Shown: positions 51,801 through 64,000 of the stretch, piece by piece
How positions within the stretch are numbered: position 1 is the stretch's first letter
Layout: each line of letters starts with the position of its first letter
Source: Lingula anatina
Lineage: Eukaryota > Animalia > Brachiopoda
Direction of reading: 5' to 3'
DNA: 64,000 bases
Assembly: GCA_051362555.1 (NCBI GenBank)
Contig: CM120648.1
Span: forward strand, 18,658,587 to 18,722,586
Notes under the pieces: generated by a model
The model's database searches: none
Seen by the model: the letters and a program-made list of their open reading frames with translations, nothing else
What the model was told of the DNA's origin: nothing
Position numbers and translations under genes: made by a program

Positions 51801-53532
51801 TCTAGGCATGTGAACCCAGTCATACACAGTGTAATAAATTAGGGAGTATTCAGATTCAAGTTAACATACATCTAGACATGGGAACCCAGTCTTACACAGT
51901 GTAATAAATTAGAGAGTATTCAGATTCAAGATAACATACATCTAGACATGTGAACCCAGTATTACACAGAGTAATAAATTAGGGAGTATTCAGATTCAAA
52001 ATAACATACATCTAGACATGTGAACCCAGTCTTACACAGTGTAATAGATTGGGGAGTATTCAGATTCAAGTTAACATACATCTAGACATGGGAACCCAGT
52101 ATTACACAGTGTAATAAATTAGGGAGTTTTCAGATTCAAGTTAACATACATCTAGACATGGGAACCCAGTCTTACACAGTGTAATAAATTAGGGAGTATT
52201 CAGATTCAAGATAACATACATCTAGACATGGGAACCCAGTCTTACACAGTGTAATAAATTAGGGAGTATTCAGATTCAAGTTAACATACATCTAGACATG
52301 GGAACCCAGTCTTACACAGTGTAATAAATTGGGGAGTATTCAGATTCAAGTTAACATACATCTAGGCATGGGAACCCAGTCTTACACAGTGTAATAAATT
52401 AGGGAGTATTCAGATTCAAGATAACATACATCTAGGCATGGGAACCCAGTCTTACACAGTGTAATAAATTAGGGATTATTCAGATTCAAGTTAACATACA
52501 TCTAGACATGGGAACCCAGTCTTACACAGTGTAATAAATTGGGGAGTATTCAGATTCAAGTTAACATACATCTAGGCATGGGAACCCAGTCTTACACAGT
52601 GTAATAAATTGGGGAGTATTCAGATTCAAGTTAACATACATCTAGACATGGGAACCCAGTCTTACACAGTGTAATAAATTAGGGAGTATTCAGATTCAAG
52701 ATAACATACATCTAGACATGTGAACCCAGTATTACACAGAGTAATAAATTAGGGAGTATTCAGATTCAAAATAACATACATCTAGACATGTGAACCCAGT
52801 CTTACACAGTGTAATAGATTGGGGAGTATTCAGATTCAAGTTAACATACATCTAGACATGGGAACCCAGTATTACACAGTGTAATAAATTAGGGAGTATT
52901 CAGATTCAAGTTAACATACATCTAGACATGGGAACCCAGTCTTACACAGTGTAATAAATTAGGGAGTATTCAGATTCAAGATAACATACATCTAGACATG
53001 GGAACCCAGTCTTACACAGTGTAATAAATTAGGGAGTATTCAGATTCAAGTTAACATACATCTAGACATGGGAACCCAGTCTTACACAGAGTAATAAATT
53101 GGGGAGTATTCAGATTCAAGTTAACATACATCTAGGCATGGGAACCCAGTCTTACACAGTGTAATAAATTAGGGAGTATTCAGATTCAAGATAACATACA
53201 TCTAGGCATGGGAACCCAGTCTTACACAGTGTAATAAATTAGGGATTATTCAGATTCAAGTTAACATACATCTAGACATGGGAACCCAGTCTTACACAGT
53301 GTAATAAATTGGGGAGTATTCAGATTCAAGTTAACATACATCTAGGCATGGGAACCCAGTCTTACACAGTGTAATAAATTGGGGAGTATTCAGATTCAAG
53401 TTAACATACATCTAGACATGGGAACCCAGTCTTACACAGTGTAATAAATTAGGGAGTATTCAGATTCAAGTTAACATACATCTAGACATGGGAACCCAGT
53501 CTTACACAGTGTAATATTCAAGTTAACATACC
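48790..53532. repeat. 70-bp satellite, ~67 copies, with higher-order structure
   Basis: Unit TCTAGACATGGGAACCCAGTCTTACACAGTGTAATAAATTAGGGAGTATTCAGATTCAAGTTAACATACA. Confidence 0.98.
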
Positions 53533-54529
53533 AGCAGGATACATTCATCTCTGTGGGGATTCTCGCTAAATTCCAGTCAATGTAATCAGTTAAATAGTCT
53601 TACACGCCACCTCGAGAAGTTAATAGGAAAAGAAAAGTGATCACGCCAGCATGATGTAATGTGTATTTGTCTTTAACGTGTGAATGCAGCTGAACAATGT
53701 GAATGCAGCCGAATATCACCTACACTTTATCACCTATCTTATATGTGTGTAAATAAAGGCCGAGTGCCAGGTTGACACTTGAAGTTTGGGATTTGAACAC
53801 AGCAGTCGTGTTTGTCTCTACATGTCATGGCGGAGGGTAATCTTTGTGGATGTGATTTTCTACAAGTAGGAAGGTACAGTTTTATAGTAGGGCAATTTTT
53901 TTGGTCTTCATTTCGTTAATTAAATTGATTGCATGGTCGAATCAGGGTTAATTATTGCACTTTGTCGCGGTGAATCGCTTACGTTTTTCATTGGAGTTAG
54001 TGACCATTGTAGGTTGCTAGCGTGCCTTTTTGCATTTTAGTGACCGTCTTTAAAGAAATAGGAAAAACCCAGCAGAAAAAAACATGAAAATAAAGCTTTC
54101 CATTCTGCTTGATGTAATCTGTTTACCAGATATCCTCTTTCGGTTTGGTAGCATTAGTCCTTCTTGTGTTCGTCTAAAGAAGAGTGGACCAGTGTTGTAA
54201 CAAATGGACAATGCTTATTAATTACAAGAAAACAATATGTGAACATTACAGGCCCAAAAATAAAGAACGTACTGCAGGTTTTGTATGTTTTGGTGGTCAC
54301 CATATAGAATGGGTTGATAAGTATAAATAGCTGGTGTCTTATGTAAATTTTTTTTTTTTTAATATACTGCAAAATTTCTATCTGAATCTGCTACTATAGC
54401 ACTGGGATTTGTTAAGGCAAAATGAAAAAAACTTGATCAAATGGGATTCTACACATGCCACAAATTGTTGAACAGCCGTGTGACTCCAATTAATTTTAGA
54501 GCATGGGTCGGGATATTTGGAAAATGAAA

Positions 54530-55465
54530 ACCAAGGAAATGTACTATATGACGACTCAGGTCGGATACCATTGAAAGTTGTCAAATGGCTGAACATACTC
54601 AGATTTGGAACAGTTTGTTACTCGTCCAAAATGAATTTAATGCCTGTGAAAAAATCTTGAAGATTATAAATTGGGGAAATGGTGTTCCAAAGTTAGATTC
54701 TCAGATTGTGTGGTATGAAAATTCTTTTCTTTTTTTTTTTTAACAAATCAGGGGTTGATACAGAAAACATTAAGCACTTCTTCTCTGAAAAATTCCTAAT
54801 TTATTTAAAAAAAGACATTTTGAAATTCCCTAAACCTCCGAACATATTTGACATTTAGAAAAAGAACTAAAAACTGAAAAGTGCATACATAGATTTAAAC
54901 AGGAAAGAAAAAAACACTATAATTGTCTGTATATATTCTGATCGGTCTCTCTGTCCGTGTCGTCGCTGTTGCTTACTGCCGCCGCCCCCCCCCCCCCCTC
55001 CTCCCTGGCATTTTGCTCAGGCTACGGCCCTGTTACGGTAATTATTTTTTTCACCATTTAGGTCACATTTGCCTCATATTTAAGTATTTTTGTTGATGTG
55101 TATTTTGTTGATGTTTCTTCTTTTTGCTGTCTGTATATTTACCAGCTTTAATGGTCTAGTTTATAACTTTTTGGGTTGGCACTTTACCTTTACCTAGAAA
55201 CTGTACGTTACACAGACACGACTATTAATGAAATAATATCCCAACTATACAAAAAAGAATTACAAGATGAGAGTCATTTCTTACTTCAGTGCACTGCTTA
55301 TATTGAGGAAAGATATAAATTTCATGAAAAAAATGGGTATCTAAACAAATGGTATGAATGAAATATTTAAGAAGGTTTAATTGGGGGAAAAATGTATACA
55401 ACAGGTGTCTTATAAACCCGAAGGGCTGGGTGGTCAATGCACATTACAAGTAAATAAATGATTAT
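54530..55465 (+). mobile_element. Decayed LINE ORF2 3' fragment, a longer paralog of 41590-41930, interrupted by a MITE end at ~54985-55032
   Basis: SGRIPLKVVKWLNILRF.. followed by LETVRY..LQDESHFLLQCTAYIEER. Confidence 0.6.
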
Positions 55466-56264
55466 GTTGATATGATAAACGCTAGGGTTCAGTCATAGCT
55501 AATAATTAATAATAACACGATAACCGTTAACAGCATTGCTACATTACTGATTAACTCCAGTCTTCTTCCAGTGATGTTGTACTTTGAACTTATCGCCTGA
55601 CAAACACGTGATGGGGCTAGAAACAGTGACAAGTAGATTTAGTACAATAATTATCCTTCACTTTGATATCATTTTTGTACCTTGTCTTACTTTATTCTAT
55701 CAAGAAAGGGTGACTCCCGATTAAGCCACACAGAATGATTATTGAACACAGCTAATAAATCTTTTATACAGTTCTAACTCCCTCAATTCACAACAGATAA
55801 CTTATTAAAACAATAGAGAGAGAGAGAGATGAGACGCTGGGGGGGGGGGGGGGATCAAGAAATATCCTACCTTACTGGGCATATCTTCTCACTGCGATGG
55901 CTTTCTATAATAACCTCTCTATACAGCTGATAGCAATTATCCCTGGCAGAAAACGGCACAACAGGTCAGGAAACTAGCCACCTTTATATTATTGATATTT
56001 CAAAAACTTTTACAAAGCTTTGCAAATTATCCTCCCCTATATTTGTATTTAATGTTCAACAGTTTTTCTTTTGTTTTGTTTATTATGTCGTTTATTGAGA
56101 AATATGTTTCAATGATTGCGTGAGTTAGAGCAGATACATTGATAAAAGAAGAGAGAGAGAGAGAGAGAGAGGGAGAGGGGAGGGGGAGAGAGAGAGAGAG
56201 AAAGGAGGAGGGTAGCTTTATATGCTGCCATGCGCACGCCTTGTCACTCTCCAGATCTTGTTTC

Positions 56265-56278
56265 CAGGGCCGTAGCCT

Positions 56279-56313
<35 letters not shown>

Positions 56314-56453
56314 GGGGGGGCAGCTGCCCCCCTGGAATTTGGAATTTTCCACACCGTGATAGGGGACACACACACCCCCTTGGGGGCTTCGCCCCCTCGT
56401 GTCCGCTTACTGCCCCCCCCCCCCCCTGGCATTTTGCTCAGGCTACGGCCTTG
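56265..56453. mobile_element. G/C-homopolymer-rich MITE with a 5-bp TSD (GTTTC)
   Basis: GTTTC|CAGGGCCGTAGCCT ... AGGCTACGGCCTTG|GTTTC. Confidence 0.85.
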
Positions 56454-57030
56454 GTTTCTATCAAGTTAGAGCAGGTACATTGATGAAAGAAGATACAAAG
56501 ACAGAGAGAGAGAGAGGGGGAGAGGGGAGGGGGAGAGAGAAAGAGAAGGGAGGAGGGAAGCCTTATATGTTGACATTCGCGCGCGCCTTGTCACTCTCTA
56601 GATCTTGTTGCTATCACGTTTACTCAGAGCTTTCAAGCAAAACGACAAGCGACACAGAAATCGGTTACCCTTTGTATCCCTTTTTACCTTTTACAAAAAA
56701 TAAAAAAACGGAACTTTTTCATAATGATCTGCTTATACAGATAATTCCAGAAACAGGCCTACGCTTATTATAAATTCAGGGTTGGTCTTAGATGCCATAG
56801 ATTCTATTATCCTTTCACCAGATTAAAAGAGAAGACTCTTTCCAGACCCCCCCCCCCCTCTCCAGTCTGATACTGAAAAGCTAATCATGGTTACCTTCGC
56901 CTTCCTGTGGGTAGGGAAGATCACGATTTCTTGAAATTATTTTTCTAAAAGCGTACAGATGATATTCTCCCCTCCCCAACATACTGTTGTACATGTACTG
57001 GTAGATTTGCAAAAATGACCCCGTAAAGAC

Positions 57031-57545
57031 CAGGGCCGTAGCCTCGGGGGGGGGGGGGGGTTTGAGGTGCAAAAAAATAATAATCGCAAAGGTAAAAAAA
57101 TAATTGCAAAGTTGGTATCAATTCTGTGAGAAAATGCACTCATGGCCACTAGACAATCATTCAACAATCTGTTTACAAAGGTGTACTGTTTACTTATGTG
57201 TACTTAGCGGATTGGCTCTCTTGCTTGTCCACAGAGGAAGTTACGTTATTCCTGATCCTGAGACAATCTACGAAATGAAGTCCAATTGGCGTGTTGTGTT
57301 GAAAAAATGACTGTACTTATAGCAAAATGAACCCACAATTTCTGACTTCTAATTGAGCAATAAATAACAGTTAAAATGCACCAGAATGCAGTAGGCCTAT
57401 TAGGGCCTATACAGTACATACAGTTTTTAAAAATTTTCCACACCGTGTATTATACATACAGTTTTTAAAATTTTTCCACACCGTGCTTCGCCCCCTCGTG
57501 TCCGCTTACTGCCCCCCCTGGCATTTTGCTCAGGCTACGGCCCTG
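57031..57545. mobile_element. MITE of the same family with a 5-bp TSD (AAGAC)
   Basis: AAGAC|CAGGGCCGTAGCCT ... AGGCTACGGCCCTG|AAGAC. Confidence 0.85.
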
Positions 57546-57714
57546 AAGACAGACGCGAATACCTTTAATCTTATGTCCCCTAGCCAGTTAGTCTGCAATC
57601 TCTAGATTATTATTATTATTATTATTTATATATTATATATATTTTATTTTATTTTTTATGTGATGATTCTTGTGACCTTTGGTAATTACTAAGATGCCGT
57701 AGTCATACCATGAC

Positions 57715-57746
<32 letters not shown>

Positions 57747-58134
57747 GAACAATCCTTATTCCTTGCAGATACCTGTTTTAAAATTGACATTCTACTGGCA
57801 CCTGAACTCGCTGTGTCATCTATTATCCACTGCTCTGTGATGCCGTTTTGTTTCTCGTGGCCTGTGATGCCGTTGCCGCCATTCTGTGTCCTGTCCTGGC
57901 CTTTCTCCTAAGCGAGTCAGTGCTGTACGTGATAAACAGGCGCCATTTTCTTCAACAGCCAGGAAGTAACAGGACGGAGATTGTGGGATAATGTTGAACA
58001 TATTTGACAAAGAAAGAGATATAATCTGACCGACTTGTAGGTATATGGAGCAAGTGTTTATGTTACTGTGATCTCCAAGCTGCAGCACCAGAAGTAAACA
58101 TAAAGTTTAGCAATCACTGACAGAAATATTACAG

Positions 58135-59090
58135 GATCTACTGTCGGAATGGAAGCCATGTTAGGGCAGTCTAGACGAGGTGTAAATCCAAGATCAGGAC
58201 AGGTGACAGTACAGACACAACCTCCATTAGCTGAACAGGAAACAAATACAACATCAGCTCCAAATCATCTTGTATTCTTAGACAAGGCAGAATGTGTGCG
58301 TTCCTTCAGTACTAAACTGGAAGATGATAGAGGAGGAATATACATATCTGGGTTAGCCATAGATAAGGAACACATGTTTGTTGTGAATGGAGGAAACAAC
58401 AGAACAAAAGTATTCACACATGAAGGACAATTTAAGTTTGACATTAAAGTAAACAGACCATTTGATGTGGCTGTGTCACAGACTGGTCACCTGTATATAA
58501 CATCACCAGATGACAGATGTGTCCAAGTGTACTCCACCAGAGGTCAGCAGGTGACAACCATGGGTCAGGGTCTACTGGAGTCACCATGGGGTATTACACT
58601 GAACAGACAAGGTCATGTGATGGTTTGTGACAGAGAAAAGAAGTCCATCTTGACATTCCATGCAGACAGTGGACAGCTCCTGAACACTATTCCACACAGT
58701 ATGTGTAGTGACCCAGTGTACATCACAGTGAACAGTGTGAATGATAACATTGTGATATCAGAGTTGGGATACTGTGTACATGTGCTGTCACCTACTGGTG
58801 ATCATCTGTACCAGTATGACTGCAGCAGAGAAGGCAGTGAACTGTGGTTACCACATGGAGTGTGCACAGACAGCTATGGTCACATCTTCATTGCTGACAG
58901 TGGTAACCGCAGGATAGTGGCACTGAGTCCACAGGGACAGTTTATTAGATACATTGTCACTAAGGATGATAGGTTGTGGTCTCCCAGTGCAGTAGTCATC
59001 AACCCTGCTACTGGTCAACTGGTGGTGGGAGGGATATGGTTTGGCAATGTTAAGACATTCCAGTACATTGAACTGAAACAAGGTGAGTAA
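58135..59090 (+). CDS. NHL-repeat six-bladed beta-propeller exon (TRIM2/3/71-like C-terminal domain)
   Basis: 313-aa open frame with blades ISGLAID, PFDVAVSQTGHLYIT, PWGITLNRQGHVMVCD, PVYITVN, PHGVCTDSYGHIFIADSGNRRI and PSAVVIN. In-frame AG acceptor at 58134; ends CAAG|GTGAGTAA, which could be a donor or a stop. Confidence 0.9.
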
Positions 59091-60045
59091 CATGTATTAA
59101 CTGTGGGTAGATATGATTATTATGTAAAATATTTGAAAGTTAGTTAGTCTTACAATGTTTTTATCCATAAATATGTTTGCCTTTATTTCAATAAAAAAAA
59201 AAAACTTTTAAAGCATATTTAAATTCAGTAAGCACACAGCTGTGCTTTAGTAAAAATGTATGTAGAGTGGAGACATTTTCTATAGTTAATACTTTATTGT
59301 TTCTGACCAATTTCCATTAGTGATTAGGATTTTGAATGATGATGAAGAACTCTTTTTAATGGAATTTATAGTATGCTTTATTTGTATTTTTATTAAGTCA
59401 CAAGAAAAGCATCTTACATTGTTTAATCCCTGAACTTCTTGTCCATTTGTCAGTGAAGAACAACTCAAATCTCACAACAGAACAGTCCAATTCTTCATAT
59501 TCTTCATCTTGTAGCTGTTCATGAAAGCTTAGATATACCTAAATTCTCAAATGTACTTTGTCAAGTTTCTCAATGTCTTACCACTTCTAGATTCAAAGAC
59601 ATTTCATCACCAGTTTGTTGTTAACACACACAAATAAATTAAATGTTGAAGTACTTTGGATGATACCTTATTTTCCTGACTTTGTGGATTGTTCTTTGCA
59701 AATAAAACTAGCAGACGACCATTTTTCATGAAATGGAACTACTTTTCACAGGAAGTAGTGTATTCATACACAACAGTGACCTTGGGTTTGGAATACAAAA
59801 AAATAGTACATGCATTCATACTGTCACAGCATGCAAATTATAATGAAATATACAAAACTAAACACATTTTTATGTAAAACAAAAAGTTAAATGCATTTTA
59901 TTTATTTATATATATTATATATATATATATATATATTATTATTATTATTATTATTATTATACTGGAAAAAAATGTTGATGAAATGGTTTTGACCACCTTT
60001 TTGGACTTTTTAAACTTCATGCTGATGGACCCACATATTTATGTC

Positions 60046-61548
60046 AAGGTCCCGGACCAAATCTAGTCCCATGCATAAAAAGCCCAGACCCCATGTTTAT
60101 TACGCCCTGGCTGGGCCCATTCTTTATGGTGTTTGTTTTGTTAACAGCATAATGGGCAAGTTAATTGACCAAGTTAATTGGCCAAGCTGCCAGTTTGTAT
60201 GGCATGTGCGGGGAATGTCTTATAGAATAATAAAATCAGACAGAATATGCTGTGATTACTAAATAAAATAGATGGGGGGGGGGGGGGGGGGGGGTAGGAG
60301 ACACCAAGGGGCTCATGATTATAAATACCATATAGCATTAACAGTGTTCATTCTAGGAATGTTTCAATGTGGGACAAAGGGCCCCCAACATTAAAAAAAG
60401 TGGGCCATTACATTTTAAAGTGGGCCCTTGTTCAAATCTTGAAATTACAATATGTAACGCATGTTGTTTTACTGCTGTGGTATTTATGTTCAGAGATGAA
60501 AAAAATTTATTATAAAAATATTTTGACTTATAGGTGATAACATTCAATAAGTAATCCCAATTTTCTAAAACAAAACCCTTGAGTTGACGCTCCAATTTTT
60601 TTAACAAGTATAAGATAACACTAAAATATGTTCACGTTTTATTCACCAATAACCAAGTTCTTTCTATAACGACATTTTAACCCCATTTTTGGCTTCAATT
60701 TATGAAAAATCCATTTAATTTTATCTCTTCTGTCCTCTGTCCCATTATCAATGACCCTTGACTAACTGGCATGCATTCATGACTTATGAAATTAATTGTC
60801 TCATCCCTGATAATGATAATTCATCGATAAAAAGCTACCAGATTGAGAATGATATCACACATATTTCGACAGCAGAGACATAGATCTTACTAAAAATCAC
60901 TTTAAGAATTGTTCCTTTTTTGATGTTGTTAATGAGATTGTCAATGAATTGACACTGTATTGCCTTGCACTGTTTCTCATAATTAGCACAAGTCACAAGG
61001 TGGTCCCTGGAGAATTTACGATGACCTTTTCTCCACTTTCAGGAGAAATTCTTCAATTTAGCTGCCAGGTATACCAGACAACATTTAAGTCCTTCTGAAC
61101 TTGTGAATTGCAATGCCTTCTTAAACAATCCAGTAAACTGATTTCCCCACTGCCATGATTGCTCCATCTTTACCTAGAAATGTTATAAAAGTTACAATTA
61201 AATTTGAATTTGGGCATAAAAACCTGCATAAAATGTTAAGTAGTGTTGAAGGTATCCACAAAGAATACTCCAGCACACTATCCCTTACTTTATTTTTCCC
61301 TTAATCACCATGAACTGAGACCAAATCTCTCAACACAATAAAATTATGAAAAATGAATTTGAAAAATTTTACCTATATATACAAAAAATAAGGTTCTGGG
61401 AAATAACATGAGCTTGACGCCCTATGTCAATGCGACGCAGCAAACACATTGTTTACATAGTTGTTCAGCATTGCGATATCCCAGAATGCACTGTCGAGAG
61501 TTCCTCAAACTGCACAAATATAATTACAACACGTGGGTCCGGGACCTT
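60046..61548. mobile_element. Possible non-autonomous TIR element
   Basis: 13-bp inverted termini AAGGTCCCGGACC / GGTCCGGGACCTT; no clear TSD. Confidence 0.35.
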
Positions 61549-61616
61549 CACGATAATCACTTTGATGTCTATTGCTCTGTGTTATAAATAAATATTGACA
61601 AAAAATAATATCTTAC

Positions 61617-62037
61617 CTTCTAAAGCTCTGCAAAAAACCTGTTTAGCTTGAGCTGCTTCCGACGTTTCTTGCATGGCAGCGGACGTCTCATGTCGCATAA
61701 GGGTACTCGTTCGAAATTTATTAGTTGAAAGAAGATATTGTCCTTTTTTTTCAATGCATAAGCTGCAATACACCAAGTTTGCGTTATCGTCGTGTACAAG
61801 CCACTTGTAAGTATTTCTCCACCATTTTTGAAATGACCTTGAAGTTGCATGGCTATTCGACGCGGTATCAGCAGCCGTGACGGCTGCACAAACTTTTGTT
61901 CTCTTTTCTGGTGGGAATGTCTGCGGTGCATGATCATGATCATCTCTGTCGCTACTGTTCTGAGCCGTTTTAGAGTGATATTCGGGATCGATTTTCTTTA
62001 AAAAACTTAAAATACCATTTCACTTCTCCGCCATCAT
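61617..62037 (-). pseudogene. hAT transposase N-terminal TTF-type zinc finger remnant (ZNF862-like)
   Basis: RSFQKWWRNTYKWLVHDDNANLVYCSLCIEKK..TNKFRTSTLMRHETS, ending at a G|GTAAG donor. An early in-frame TGA follows MMAEK. Confidence 0.7.
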
Positions 62038-64000
62038 GCACAATGTACGGGTTGATCAAATTGACCTACATGGACAATTAATCTCAGCCTATCAGGGATT
62101 CAAAAAAGGAGGGACGATCGCCAGTGATTTGCATAAAGCGCATGACGTCAGCATAAATTAAGATCTTTGTTAAAACTGCGACGAGTAAAGAATATCTTCG
62201 TTACGTTTAACATTAGATCTTGATGTCAAGAGAAGTCGAGTAAACAATCAAACTTCGGCCGTGAATTTTCTGAATTGGAGGGCGCGTTTAGAACACAAAA
62301 ATGCGCCGTTGTTAATTCTCTTGAATTTTGTTGGCGCAGCTCACTCTACGAATTGCGTCAACCACATTTTTTCTGCGTCAATGACGCAAGGGCGCATCCT
62401 AGAATGAACACTGACACCATAGAACACTGCATTAATAATGATGGTTACATCCCAGATATTTTGCTCCTATGAACAGTGTCTTTGATATCAGTCTATCGGC
62501 AATCTCCAATCATAAATTGTTAATTTATCAGACACTTGTAACATTAACCACATTTAATTGTTCACCCTGATTGTGAAACAGCCGTTTGCTCCAGATGTAC
62601 TTAGTCTTCTCCAAATTAAAAAAAAAAATATGGATGTTGATAAAATTTATTCTGAACAGTCTATAAGCCAGGCAGATTCAGTACAATGGCATAGGTATTT
62701 GTAGGTTGATAAGTTATTAAATAAAGAAAAAAAAAAAAAAAAACTTCATGTAATAATCATAATAGTGATACATAATACATGTATGATGATACATTTCACC
62801 ACATTTTGATGCAAACACCATCAAATGGAAACAAAAATAAACTTGTTATTAAACCAACTCAACAAATGTTTGTGCCAAGCAGATATTTAGCATTGTGTAA
62901 TGTACATGTATTTCAGGAACTGCTCAGAATTATGCTGATTGCCATTTCAATTCTAAATTAAACAAACATCAACGTTGCCTACAAAACTGATACAACTGCA
63001 CCAAATATCTCTTGCTATATGAAATACTTGTTGAAATGATGTTTTCAATAGAACTTATATTTTGTTTCATTTTTTTATTTAATCATGAGAAAAACATTCT
63101 AAAATGTTTAATCCCATTTCTTAGTATTATCATTATGCTTCACATATATATCAAGGCTGTTGCAATGTTTTTTTTTTTTTTTTAACTAGTAAGCAAAATC
63201 TCTTACACTGCTACAGCACATCATCTACTAGCTACAATTTTTACATCTGATGGTTTTTAGAAGTTACTGTCCCTGTGATTCATCAGCTGAGATTTTTTTT
63301 TTTTTTTGAATAAGTCATATTGTGTAATATTATTCTGTGTTGTTGTTAAAGGGATAACAACTGTTTGTATGATATCCATATTTACTAATAAATATATTGT
63401 AAACAACTCATAAAAATATAACAAATTATGTTTTACCACTAAAATGGCAGTCAACACATTTATTAGTACCACCAGCCTGTAAGCTGTTGGTACTCCTAAT
63501 TTTATTCCCGACCCGTCTCATACAGCTCCACTAGCTCCGCATTCTGGAGCTGGATACAAGTCACCATTCTCCTCCTAGACCCCAAGGACCCATGTCCCCA
63601 TCTCTTGGATTTAGGTCACATATTATCTCAATTTGAACCCTTTTTTTTGGCTCAGTTGGTGCATTATCCTGGGCATGACATTCGTTGAAACGCACCCTTG
63701 TCAAAATTTGTGAAAATTCGATGCCAAATATCTCTCAAACCAAAGGAATTATCGGAAAAATTACTATAGAATTTTGACGAAAGTCATATTTGTAGATTCC
63801 AGATATGCCCTTGGATTTGACAGTTGACCTTTATCTCAAGGTCAAACAGGCCAAAATCTCCTAAAAATGGGGATTAAAAAAAAATATGTTTGTGCCAATT
63901 TTTAGAAACTACACCGACCTAAGTGGGGGGATTACATTTTGGGACTTCATCTTCGGGAGTTTGGGGTCAATAGGTGCATTTTCACAGGAGAGGCAGCCGT

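Larger units (their letters stand above)
43535..55998 (+). repeat. Tandem segmental duplication, copy B, enlarged by insertions and a satellite
   Basis: Collinear with 37085-43412 at the anchors listed for copy A. Confidence 0.9.

Noticed and set aside
56027-57167. Poly-Pro/poly-Gly ORFs
   Set aside because: They derive from G/C homopolymers in MITEs and from GA tracts.
63600-64000. Possible Helitron-like non-autonomous repeat (TGACCTT..AAGGTCA motifs)
   Set aside because: Only motif-level resemblance, truncated by the window end, with no termini to verify.

Overview
AT-rich, intron-containing animal genomic DNA, most consistent with a marine invertebrate; the taxon cannot be fixed from sequence alone. 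The window is dominated by DNA transposons and tandem repeats. In the left third, the first three coding exons of an HSD11B1L-like short-chain dehydrogenase (minus strand, 18343-17235) are followed by a three-level stack of nested transposons. The outermost is a Harbinger-type element whose Myb/SANT gene carries a 3.3-kb coding 39-bp minisatellite exon. Inside one of its introns, at a TTAA site, is a Kolobok-type element with a 12-exon DDE transposase and a convergent gene with a P2X7 ballast-like Cys domain. One transposase exon is split by a 1.5-kb CACTA element with ~400-bp TIRs and a CCA target duplication. The middle of the window holds MITEs plus decayed SAP/SWIM and Crypton-like remnants. 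A diverged tandem segmental duplication (~37085-43412 versus ~43535-55998) follows, and each copy expanded a different satellite (55 bp and 70 bp) from a seed that is single-copy in the other. The right end has an intact NHL beta-propeller exon, MITEs with 5-bp target duplications and a hAT TTF-zinc-finger remnant. All family assignments are from motif recognition by eye, with no database searches.
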